64,000 nt of DNA from positions 8,474 through 72,473 of the forward strand of contig CAITUV010000048.1 in the NCBI GenBank assembly GCA_903895725.1, read 5' to 3'. The stretch is from an uncultured Myxococcales bacterium. Lineage in GTDB: Bacteria; Myxococcota_A; UBA9042; CAIXZC01. Below the pieces are notes generated by a model, which had not been told where the DNA came from, searched no databases, and saw nothing but the letters and a program-made list of their open reading frames with translations. The first letter of the stretch is position 1; each line of letters begins with the position of its first letter. The position numbers were made by a program, and so were the translations under genes. This document shows, one piece after another, positions 47,529 to 55,992 of the stretch.

Positions 47529-48890
47529 TTAGAACGTGTAGACCACGGTGGTCGTGTGCGAGCCGACGGAGATGGTCACGTTGTCCACGACCCCTTCGGC
47601 ACCGCCCGGAATGTAGAAGCTTGCTGTGCCCGTGGCATCGGACAGCGGAGACTCGCTCTTGGTGTAGCCGTCGGTCCCGACGATGCTGAAATTGATGGTG
47701 CAGCCCGGGATCGGGGGAATCGTTGAGGCCGTGACCGTGACTCCTTCGCCCGGGCCCGGGTCGACCGGGTTGGGGGTCGCACTGACGCCGGAAACCTGCT
47801 CGCACGTGCCGAACTGGGAGGGATCGGCCGGAGTGACCGTCGGCGGTCCAGGGGGAGTTCCGGTGTTCGGATCACCCGGCTCGAAGTCGACCACGACGAC
47901 CTGGCCGCCATCCACGCCGAAGTCCTCGATCACGATGGGCTCCTTCCCCTCGACCTGGATGATCAGCGTCCCCTTTCCCGGGAACTGGAGAGGCACGACC
48001 TCACCGACCTTCCCTTCGTGGGTCTGCATCGTGCAGTAGCCGCCGTCGACGCTGTCGCTCTTGCCACCGCTGCAGTAGCTCCACAGGAATTTCACGCCCA
48101 GGCCGATCGCCGCAGCGCCCAGGATGGTACCTCCGACCAGCACGCCTCCGGATGCACCGGCAAGCACGAGGCCGGCCTTGACCACGAATCCGCCCGCCAC
48201 CGTAGAGCCGGCAGCCAGACCGGTCCCGACTGCGTCGAGCGTCTGCGTCTTCTTCAGCTCGTTGACCGCCTGGTAGTACTGATCGTCGTCGATCCGCCCT
48301 TCGTCATGCGCCTTTTCGAGCTTGGCAATCTTCTCCTTGGTCGTTCCGATGAGCTGGCCGACGTTGAAGGGAAGGGTCACTGGCACGCCCGGCACGGTCA
48401 GGATGGGGCCGTCCGCCTTGCCCATGGAGTCGCCCTTGTACCCGGCAAACTGCTTGGCATAGCCGTTGAGGGTCAGGACCGAAACCAGCCACTGGTCGCC
48501 GGCGGCGTTGACCGCCTTGGTCTTCTCGATGAACGTGGCGACGTCGGACGTGTCGGCCATGGCAAACACCTGGTACGCCTCGATGAAGTCCTTGTTGGAG
48601 GACAGGACCTGTCCGGCAGCAGTCTGGTAGGCGGTCACGAGCTCGGGCAGGGAGCCGGTCTGCGGCACCTGGACCTCGGGCAGCGTCACCCCCTCGGGAG
48701 GAGTGAACGAAGTGTCCGCGGTTCCCACTACGTCGACCCCGGGCGGAACGACCAGGGAATCGGGCTCTCCGACCACGTCGTACGTGTTCTCGAAGACGTC
48801 GGAGCCTTCGAAGAGCCAGTCGCAGCCGGTGCCGGAAATGGCGAGGAGAGCACTCACGCTCAACAGGAGAACGGTCTTGGCAATGTTCAT
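47529..48890 (-). CDS. Lipoprotein of unknown function: helical region, long Gly/Ala hydrophobic segment, C-terminal Ig-like domain (about 453 aa)
   Basis: Start reassigned to ATG 48890 (SD AAGGAGGTGA); signal ending GTGC; AVGTGLAAG...GLGVKFLW hydrophobic stretch; beta-rich C-terminus. Confidence 0.8.
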   Translation of the reverse strand: MNIAKTVLLLSVSALLAISGTGCDWLFEGSDVFENTYDVVGEPDSLVVPPGVDVVGTADTSFTPPEGVTLPEVQVPQTGSLPELVTAYQTAAGQVLSSNKDFIEAYQVFAMADTSDVATFIEKTKAVNAAGDQWLVSVLTLNGYAKQFAGYKGDSMGKADGPILTVPGVPVTLPFNVGQLIGTTKEKIAKLEKAHDEGRIDDDQYYQAVNELKKTQTLDAVGTGLAAGSTVAGGFVVKAGLVLAGASGGVLVGGTILGAAAIGLGVKFLWSYCSGGKSDSVDGGYCTMQTHEGKVGEVVPLQFPGKGTLIIQVEGKEPIVIEDFGVDGGQVVVVDFEPGDPNTGTPPGPPTVTPADPSQFGTCEQVSGVSATPNPVDPGPGEGVTVTASTIPPIPGCTINFSIVGTDGYTKSESPLSDATGTASFYIPGGAEGVVDNVTISVGSHTTTVVYTF

Positions 48891-48916
48891 GGAAGTCACC
48901 TCCTTCAATCCGGCAG

Positions 48917-48944
48917 ATGGTACTGTTCCGGGCCGAGCTGTCAA
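48917..48944 (-). promoter_or_regulatory. Putative sigma70 promoter for the 48890 gene
   Basis: Minus strand TTGACA-N16-TACCAT. Confidence 0.55.
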
Positions 48945-49033
48945 TTCCGAGGGAGCGTCTCCCGTGCGGCAGGCCGTGCGGGACGCCGCAGGCGGGCGCA
49001 ACCGCTATCGAGCTGCCCGAAACTGCAGTCGGC

Positions 49034-49062
49034 TTGACGTGTGCGTGCGCCTGGGGGACGAT
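49034..49062 (+). promoter_or_regulatory. Putative sigma70 promoter for tcdA and the downstream gene
   Basis: TTGACG-N17-GACGAT, divergent from the previous promoter. Confidence 0.45.
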
Positions 49063-49089
49063 ACGGCCGACCTGGCGGGAGGGAGGCAG

Positions 49090-49923
49090 GTGGCGATCGA
49101 AGGGCGGACTGGCACACCGATGTTTCAGCGAAGCGAGCTGCTGCTCGGTCCGACGACCGTGAAGGCACTCTGGGGCACCCGGGTGATTCTGTTCGGCGTC
49201 GGCGGGGTCGGGAGCTGGTGCGCTGAGGCGCTGGTAAGGAGCGGTGTTGGTCACCTGGCGATCGTGGACTCGGACAGCGTCTGTATCACAAACGTGAACC
49301 GGCAGCTCCAGGCGACGCCGGCGACGGTAGGCCGCATCAAGGTGGAGGTGCTGGCCCGACGACTGAGGGAGATAAGCCCCGACGCGGAGATCGTGGTCTT
49401 CCCGATTGCCTATGACGAGAGCACTTCGGACTCGTTCGGACTCGAGCGCTACGACTATGTGCTCGATGCCATCGATTCCCTGAGTCACAAGCTGGGGCTC
49501 ATCCGGAAGGCATTGTCGCTCGGGTGTCGGCTGTACTCGTCCATGGGCGCTTCGGCACGGCTCGACCCGACGAAGGTGAGGGTCGGGTCCCTCTGGAAGA
49601 CCCGAGATTGCCCGCTCGCCATGCGGGTTCGCAAGCGGCTCAGGAAGCACGGAATCACGACTGCTCTCACGGTGGTATACAGCGAAGAGCTGCCGATGGA
49701 GAGCCTGGAAACCTCGGATTGCGGGACTCCTGCCTGCCACTGTCCACGGCGGGCCATCGCTGAATCGGGCGAAGAGGTGGAGGGGCACGAATGGTGCAGC
49801 TCCAAAGCGTACATCAACGGTTCAATCATGCCGGTCGTGGCGACGTTCGGGATGTCCCTGGCGAGTCTCGTGATACGGGATGTGCTGGAGCGCAGCGGCG
49901 GCAGAGAGGGGAAGGGCCCATGA
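49090..49923 (+). CDS. tcdA: tRNA threonylcarbamoyladenosine dehydratase (ThiF/MoeB family)
   Basis: GTG 49090 after GGAGG (alternative ATG 49120); FGVGGVGSWCAEALVRSG, TNVNRQ, DAID, SSMGA, CPLA..VRKRL, VYSEE. Confidence 0.88.
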   Translation: MAIEGRTGTPMFQRSELLLGPTTVKALWGTRVILFGVGGVGSWCAEALVRSGVGHLAIVDSDSVCITNVNRQLQATPATVGRIKVEVLARRLREISPDAEIVVFPIAYDESTSDSFGLERYDYVLDAIDSLSHKLGLIRKALSLGCRLYSSMGASARLDPTKVRVGSLWKTRDCPLAMRVRKRLRKHGITTALTVVYSEELPMESLETSDCGTPACHCPRRAIAESGEEVEGHEWCSSKAYINGSIMPVVATFGMSLASLVIRDVLERSGGREGKGP

Positions 49924-52088
49924 GTCGGCTTGCTGCGGTTTTGTGCATCGTGGCGGCTCTCGCGATTCCGGCAACGGCGGAGGCTGTGACGATGAGCCTC
50001 GTCAGTGAGAGCCAGCCGTTCCCCGGAATCACGCTGAAGCAGTACAAGACGACCTCGCCCAAGACCAACTGTTGGGCGGTGCTCGTCGACCTGTGCGCCG
50101 ACTACGTCCACGTGGATGCGACGCCGGATCCTTCCGGACCCAAGACCGTGGCGCAGTTCGGACAGGACTCGGGCGTCCAGGTGGCGGTCAACGGGGACTT
50201 CTACAAGTCGCCACCGGCCCACGTATACGGCGCCGCTGTCGGGGGAGGGATTCAGTGGCCGTCGGTCAAGCAGGGCTTTGACCCGAGCTACTCCGGCGAG
50301 TGGTTTTTCATGAAGTACGGCTGGCTCGCATTCGGACACGACCTGGTCGAGCACAACCACACGAAATGGGTCAAGCAGAACGTCGCCGGGCTGACCTCTG
50401 GCTGGGAGCCGACCGACGTGGTGACGTCGATTCCGGCTGGAACGCTGGCGCTGGTCAGCGGGTTCTCCCAGCTTGTGATTGATGGGGAGCCGGTGACCTG
50501 CCCGGACCCGACGGCCAGCAGCTGTTTCCCGGACCGCTCCGACATGCGGGATCGTCACCCTCGCACCGCCATGGGAATCACGGAAGATCGAAAGACCTTC
50601 ATCCTGTTCGTGGTCGACGGTCGGACCGATGTTTCCATCGGCATGTACGGGACCGAGCTGGCCGACGTGATGCACAAGCTGGGGGCGCACCAGGCCTTCA
50701 ACCTGGACGGTGGCGGGTCGAGCCAGCTCTGGGTGAAGGGCAAGGGGACGGTCAACGATGCCAACGGCAACAACAACGGCGGAGGCCTTCGCCCCGTGCT
50801 CAATCATTGGGGCGTTTTTGCAGGGCCCGCGAGCGGGAAGGCCAAGCGACCTGGCCATTGCGTGTCGAGCCCGGCATGCGCCGTGCTGCCTCCGGAAGGC
50901 GGTACGCTGGACGACTCCGGACCGTGTTTTGCTGCGTTTGGGACGCCGGAGTACTGGCGAACCGAGGCTGCTGGCTTCGAGGGGGGCCTGCACTGGACCA
51001 ATGCCTGGAAGACGACGGTCCCCGACAACTGGGCCTGGTGGCAGGTCCACCTGGCCGAGGGGGGTAAGTATCGGGTCGACTACTATGCGGTCCCTGAGTT
51101 CGCCGTGTTCAAGAAGACCCACTACGAGGTAAGGGCGTCGGGAACCTTGACGAAGCTCTCCGTGGATCAGTCGATTGCCGACGGTTGGACCGAGCTGGGG
51201 GAGTTCGACTTCTCGGCAGGCGGGGGGCAATGGGTGTCCGTCTTCGATGACACGCCGGCAACCGTTGCGGATGACCAGCACATCGTGGCGGATGCCATCC
51301 GACTGGTCCGCCTGGATCCGTGGTGTGGGAACGGGCAGTGCGACGGGACCGAGGAGTGCGGCTCGTGCGTCGAGGACTGCGGGGAGTGCCCCGAGCCTTG
51401 CGGCAACAGCGAATGCAAGGAGGGCGAGAGCTGCGAAACGTGCCCCGCCGACTGCGGAGACTGCCCCGAGAGCTGCGGCGACGGGTCGTGTGGGGCGGAG
51501 GAGAGCTGCAGCAGCTGCCCGGCTGATTGCGGGGAGTGCCCGGAAACATGCGGCAACGGGAGCTGCGCCTCGGGGGAGAGCTGCGAGAGCTGCCCCGAGG
51601 ACTGCGGGGAGTGCTCCGGCTCGTGCGGGAACGGTCTGTGCGACGCGTGGGAGAGCTGCGCCACCTGTCCGGCCGAGTGCGGCAACTGTCCCGATACCTG
51701 CGGCGACGGCCTGTGCGACGAGTGGGAGAACTGCGGAACCTGTCCGAAGGATTGCGGCTCCTGCGTTCCGGACGTTCAGGAAGCACGGCCCGAGAGCGAC
51801 ATTCAAAGCGAGCCCGAGCTGGTGCCGGAGACCCTCCCGGAAGCCGAGGTCCTTTGCGCCGGCGATGCCTGCCCCGTGCATGGTGACAGCGCGTCCTTTG
51901 AGGAGCCGTGGGAAGTGGCCCCGTCGGTCGAGCCGGCTCCGGAATCGAATGGCGATTCGGCGGGCAGCTGCAGTGCTGCGGTCCATCGACGCCCAGACAG
52001 CGGACCGGTCGCGCTCCTTGCTCTGGCCATGCTGCTCATCGCGATCATCCTGAGACGAAGGCCTTGCGGCGCTGGTGGAGCGGATTGA
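49920..52088 (+). CDS. Secreted phosphodiester glycosidase (NAGPA-like) protein with a beta-sandwich module, Cys repeats and a MYXO-CTERM-like tail (about 722 aa)
   Basis: ATGA overlap with tcdA; Sec signal ending AEA; VNGDF, RHPRTAMG, VVDGR, NLDGGGSS; GWTELGEFDF...IVADAIRL; tail GSCSA...LLALAMLLIAIILRRR. Confidence 0.85.
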   Translation: MSRLAAVLCIVAALAIPATAEAVTMSLVSESQPFPGITLKQYKTTSPKTNCWAVLVDLCADYVHVDATPDPSGPKTVAQFGQDSGVQVAVNGDFYKSPPAHVYGAAVGGGIQWPSVKQGFDPSYSGEWFFMKYGWLAFGHDLVEHNHTKWVKQNVAGLTSGWEPTDVVTSIPAGTLALVSGFSQLVIDGEPVTCPDPTASSCFPDRSDMRDRHPRTAMGITEDRKTFILFVVDGRTDVSIGMYGTELADVMHKLGAHQAFNLDGGGSSQLWVKGKGTVNDANGNNNGGGLRPVLNHWGVFAGPASGKAKRPGHCVSSPACAVLPPEGGTLDDSGPCFAAFGTPEYWRTEAAGFEGGLHWTNAWKTTVPDNWAWWQVHLAEGGKYRVDYYAVPEFAVFKKTHYEVRASGTLTKLSVDQSIADGWTELGEFDFSAGGGQWVSVFDDTPATVADDQHIVADAIRLVRLDPWCGNGQCDGTEECGSCVEDCGECPEPCGNSECKEGESCETCPADCGDCPESCGDGSCGAEESCSSCPADCGECPETCGNGSCASGESCESCPEDCGECSGSCGNGLCDAWESCATCPAECGNCPDTCGDGLCDEWENCGTCPKDCGSCVPDVQEARPESDIQSEPELVPETLPEAEVLCAGDACPVHGDSASFEEPWEVAPSVEPAPESNGDSAGSCSAAVHRRPDSGPVALLALAMLLIAIILRRRPCGAGGAD
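51324..51763 (+). repeat. Six 75-bp (25-aa) Cys repeats CG[ND]GxCxxxExCxxCPxDCGxC
   Basis: Directly visible in the translation. Confidence 0.85.
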
Positions 52089-52142
52089 CAACGGGCTTGC
52101 GCGTGTGGTTTGCTGGCAGGAAGGTTGACGGTGGAGGTCGGC

Positions 52143-55100
52143 ATGATCGCACGGAAGCACTTCTGGCTCGTTGCTTCGCTCCTGTTTTCTGCCGGATGCG
52201 GCGGCGGGGGAGAGATCATCTCGATCGAGGATGTTGCGCTGGACCAGGCGGGAGAGACTGCGGACGCGGTCATGGCTCCCGAGGTCTCCGAGGCCGCGGC
52301 GGACCTCGTCCCCATCCCGGATGCGACACCCGAAGCAGCAGTCGATGCCACGCTGCCGGACGGCTGGGTCGAGCCCGGCGCGTTTGGAGCCCCGTGCTTT
52401 GGCGGGACCGATTGTGCCTCAGGGCTCTGCATCCGGACGACGGCCGGCATGCAGTGCACGGGGCCGTGCGTCGACGAGTGCCCGCAGGGGTTCAAGTGCG
52501 TTTCGTACGAGGGAGGCGGGCCGGACATCATGTTCGTGTGCGTCGATCCGTTCCTGACCCTGTGCCGTCCCTGCTCGACCAATGCGGACTGCCAGGGCAA
52601 CGAGGATGCGTGGGCGGGGGAGCGGTGTGCGTCCTACGGTGCTGCCGGCAGCTTCTGCTCCATGCCGTGTGCGCAGGTGGACGACTGTCCGGCAGGCTAC
52701 CTCTGCGAGGAGACCGTGGATTCAAGCGGGGCATCGTCGCTCCAGTGCGTGCTGGCCGAGGGCGAGTGCGAATGCCCGCAGTGGTTTGCGGACGAGGGGG
52801 CTTCGACCTCGTGCTTCGTGGAGAACGAGTGGGGAACGTGCTCCGGTACGCGGGCCTGCACGGCAGCGGGGCTGGCGGCGTGCACGGCAGCGGTCCCGGC
52901 CAAGGAGAGCTGCAACGGGCTCGACGATGACTGCGACGGCCAGGACGACGAGGAGACTGCAGGCGGAACCTGCCCCGTCGTCAACGAGCTCGGCACCTGC
53001 CCGGGCACCACGCTCTGCCTGGACGGAACCGAGACCTGCCAGGGCGCTGCCGCGGCCCCGGAGCAGTGCGACGGGTTGGACAACAACTGTAACGGTACCA
53101 AGGACGAGGGGTTCCCCGATGCAGACGGGGACGGGACCGCAGATTGCCTGGAGAACGACAAGGACAACGACCTGGTGCCGGACTACCTCGACAACTGCCC
53201 GTCGGTGGCCAACTCGGAGCAGAAAGACTTCGACCTGGATACCCTGGGCGATGCGTGCGATCCCGACGACGACGGCGACAAGACCGGGGATGCAACGGAT
53301 TGTGCCCCGCTCGACGACAAGGTGTACCCCGGTGCGACCGAGACCTGCGACGGCAAGGACAACGACTGCAACTACGTTGTGGACGAAGGGTTCCCGGATG
53401 CCGACGTCGACGGCTGGAAGGACTGCACCGACCCGGACGACGACAACGACGGCAGCGCGGATGCTGCAGACTGTATGCCGCTTGACGCGGAGGCTCACCC
53501 CGGTGCAGTCGAGACCTGCAATGGCAAGGACGACGACTGCGACTTTGCCATCGACGAGACCTTTCCCGATCTGGATGGCGACGGACAGGCGGACTGCGTG
53601 GACAGCGACGTCGACGGCGACGGTCTCGGCAACGGCGACGACAACTGCCCCCAGGTCGCCAACGCGGATCAGACCGACCTCGACGGCGACCAGGTAGGCG
53701 ATGCCTGCGACCCGGACAAGGACGGCGACGCCATCCCCGAGCTTGCGGACAACTGCCCGCTTACCAAGAACCCGGCCCAGGCCGATACCGACCAGGATGG
53801 ACAGGGCGATGCCTGCGACGATGACGACGACGGCGACGGCTACGGCGACGGCGCCGACAACTGCCCGCTTGCCAAGAACCCGTCCCAGGCCGACCTCGAC
53901 CAGGATGGCGTCGGAGACGCGTGCGAGGGGGATCTGGACGGTGACGGTACTCCGGATTCCCTCGACTGTGCGCCGCTGAACGCCACCGTGCACCCCGGGG
54001 CATTCGAGGCCTGTAACGGCGCGGACGACAACTGCAATGGAACCGTGGACGAGGGGGCACCGGACACGGACTTCGACGGTTTCAAGAACTGTGTCGACCC
54101 GGACGATGATGGGGACGGCGACCCGGATGACGCGGACTGTGCGCCGCTCAACCTTGCGGTGCACCACGCTGCGGTCGAGAGCTGCAACGCCATCGACGAT
54201 GATTGCGACGGCCAGATCGACGAGGGGCTCGGGGCACTTTCGTGCGGGAAGGGCGTGTGCGCTCACAAGATTCCCGCCTGTCTCGACGGCAAGCAGCAGA
54301 CTTGCGATCCATTCCAGGGAATCCAGGAAGAAGTGTGCGACGGCAAGGACAACGATTGCGATGGGTTGACGGACGAGGACCAGGGCAAGCTGACGTGCGG
54401 CCTCGGGACGTGCGTGCACACCGTACCCGCCTGCCAGGAGGGGAAGGACAACGTGTGCGACCCCGCAGCCGGTGCCGTCCAGGAAGTGTGTGACGGCAAG
54501 GACAACGACTGCGATGGGGCGGTGGACGAGGAGCTGGGACAGCTCGCCTGCGGCAAGGGCGTCTGCTTCCATACGGTCAAAGCCTGCATCGGCGGAGAGC
54601 CTCAGCCATGCGAACCGTTCCAGGGAGCTTTGCCCGAAGCCTGTGACGGGCTGGACAACGACTGCGACGGAAGCGTCGACGAGAATCTGGGGGAGACATC
54701 CTGCGGCCTGGGTCCCTGCGAGCACACGGTCCCCTACTGTGCCGGGGGCAAGGTGCAGCAGTGCAACGCGTTCGAGGGCGCTGCCGTCGAGGCCTGCGAC
54801 AGCGTGGACAACGACTGCGACGGGCTGGTCGACGAGGACATGGGGTTTGCGAGCTGCGGTCTGGGCGTCTGCTTCCACATCGTCAAGCTCTGCTCCGGCG
54901 GGGTGCTCCAGGTGTGCGATCCGCTGGAGGGCGCTGCCGGGGAGGCGTGCGACGGCGTGGACAACGACTGCGATGGCATCGCCGATGACGGGTTGGGCGA
55001 CATCACCTGCGGCCTGGGGGAGTGCGTCCACACGGTTCCCGTCTGCAAGGAGGGCAAGCAGAACAGCTGTGATCCGCTCGAGGGGGAATCCCCCGAGGCG

Positions 55101-55955
55101 TGCGACGGCAAGGACAACGATTGCGACGGTCAGACGGACGAGTCCTTCGCCGACCAGGACGGCGACGGCCAGGCAGACTGCGTCGATCTCGACGACGATG
55201 GCGACGCGGATCCGGATGGGACGGACTGTGCACCGCTCGATCCGACCATCGGCTCCAACCAGAAGGAGAAGTGCTTCGACGGCAAGGACAACGACTGCGA
55301 CGGAAGCACCGACGACGATCCGGAGTGCATTCTCAAGAGCTGCGCCGAGCTCCTGGCCTCGAACCCCGCACTGCCGTCGGGGACCTACACGATTGACCCG
55401 GACGGCGGGGGCGGGAAGCCCTCGTTCGCCGCGTGGTGCGAGATGGCGCTGGACGGAGGGGGCTGGACCCTGGTCTGGAAGCACTCCTACTACGAAGTGG
55501 GGGCACCGACGGACACCATGCGCTTCTACAGCACCAGCGCAAAGGAGTGCAAGGACACGACGGCCGGATGGTGCAATGTGCCGGGCAAGCTGTCCGTTGG
55601 CAAGACGCAGCAGCTCGTCATCGCCACCTACCAGGGGACGACCGTTTACGCTTACAAGGGGGACTTGAATCCCAAGATCGACTCGAGCTGGGAAGGCGCC
55701 ATACTCAAGAACGCAACCAGCCTGGTCGACAAGTGCGTCAACAACGTGGGAGTGGCCCCGGAGCCCGAGGTGGGAGGGCATGCGATGCCCGGCATCACGT
55801 TCGACAAGGCGACCCCCAACGACTATGTGTCCAATTGCGATACGGATCGGTACGGAGGGGGCTCGGATTGCCGCTGGGAGAACTGCGGTCTGCCGGGAAA
55901 CATCGCCCCCTCGAGCACTCACGTGCAGATGACCGTGATGATCTACGTGCGCTGA
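52143..55955 (+). CDS. Cys-rich lipoprotein with shared N-module, MopE-type and TSP3 repeats and a C-terminal fibrinogen-like domain (about 1270 aa)
   Basis: ATG 52143 after GGAGG; lipobox SAGC; DNCPxxxNxxQxDxDxDxxGDACD repeats; KSCAELL...SGTYTIDPDG...WCEMALDGGGWTLV. Confidence 0.85.
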   Translation: MIARKHFWLVASLLFSAGCGGGGEIISIEDVALDQAGETADAVMAPEVSEAAADLVPIPDATPEAAVDATLPDGWVEPGAFGAPCFGGTDCASGLCIRTTAGMQCTGPCVDECPQGFKCVSYEGGGPDIMFVCVDPFLTLCRPCSTNADCQGNEDAWAGERCASYGAAGSFCSMPCAQVDDCPAGYLCEETVDSSGASSLQCVLAEGECECPQWFADEGASTSCFVENEWGTCSGTRACTAAGLAACTAAVPAKESCNGLDDDCDGQDDEETAGGTCPVVNELGTCPGTTLCLDGTETCQGAAAAPEQCDGLDNNCNGTKDEGFPDADGDGTADCLENDKDNDLVPDYLDNCPSVANSEQKDFDLDTLGDACDPDDDGDKTGDATDCAPLDDKVYPGATETCDGKDNDCNYVVDEGFPDADVDGWKDCTDPDDDNDGSADAADCMPLDAEAHPGAVETCNGKDDDCDFAIDETFPDLDGDGQADCVDSDVDGDGLGNGDDNCPQVANADQTDLDGDQVGDACDPDKDGDAIPELADNCPLTKNPAQADTDQDGQGDACDDDDDGDGYGDGADNCPLAKNPSQADLDQDGVGDACEGDLDGDGTPDSLDCAPLNATVHPGAFEACNGADDNCNGTVDEGAPDTDFDGFKNCVDPDDDGDGDPDDADCAPLNLAVHHAAVESCNAIDDDCDGQIDEGLGALSCGKGVCAHKIPACLDGKQQTCDPFQGIQEEVCDGKDNDCDGLTDEDQGKLTCGLGTCVHTVPACQEGKDNVCDPAAGAVQEVCDGKDNDCDGAVDEELGQLACGKGVCFHTVKACIGGEPQPCEPFQGALPEACDGLDNDCDGSVDENLGETSCGLGPCEHTVPYCAGGKVQQCNAFEGAAVEACDSVDNDCDGLVDEDMGFASCGLGVCFHIVKLCSGGVLQVCDPLEGAAGEACDGVDNDCDGIADDGLGDITCGLGECVHTVPVCKEGKQNSCDPLEGESPEACDGKDNDCDGQTDESFADQDGDGQADCVDLDDDGDADPDGTDCAPLDPTIGSNQKEKCFDGKDNDCDGSTDDDPECILKSCAELLASNPALPSGTYTIDPDGGGGKPSFAAWCEMALDGGGWTLVWKHSYYEVGAPTDTMRFYSTSAKECKDTTAGWCNVPGKLSVGKTQQLVIATYQGTTVYAYKGDLNPKIDSSWEGAILKNATSLVDKCVNNVGVAPEPEVGGHAMPGITFDKATPNDYVSNCDTDRYGGGSDCRWENCGLPGNIAPSSTHVQMTVMIYVR
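54177..55095 (+). repeat. Six 153-bp (51-aa) repeats: CDGxDNDCDGxxDE-xGxxxCGxGxCxHxVPxC
   Basis: gaagtgtgcgacggcaag at about 54330 recurs as gaagtgtgtgacggcaag at about 54483. Confidence 0.8.
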
Positions 55956-55992
55956 GCAGAAGGTGACAGTCTTTCAACCGGGAGATGCCGTC

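Noticed and set aside
47461-47530. GTGG-loop-CCACGGGGAG resembling part of a ZTP (pfl) riboswitch near purH
   Set aside because: It is on the strand opposite purH, lacks the GACUGGCG and 3' CGCCUGGG elements, and lies upstream of the predicted purH promoter.
3100-55955. Selenocysteine read-through at TGA stops of Cys-rich genes (3102, 13661, 24651, 55955)
   Set aside because: The stops fall at natural domain ends, downstream frames are not protein-like, and no SECIS-like context was recognised.
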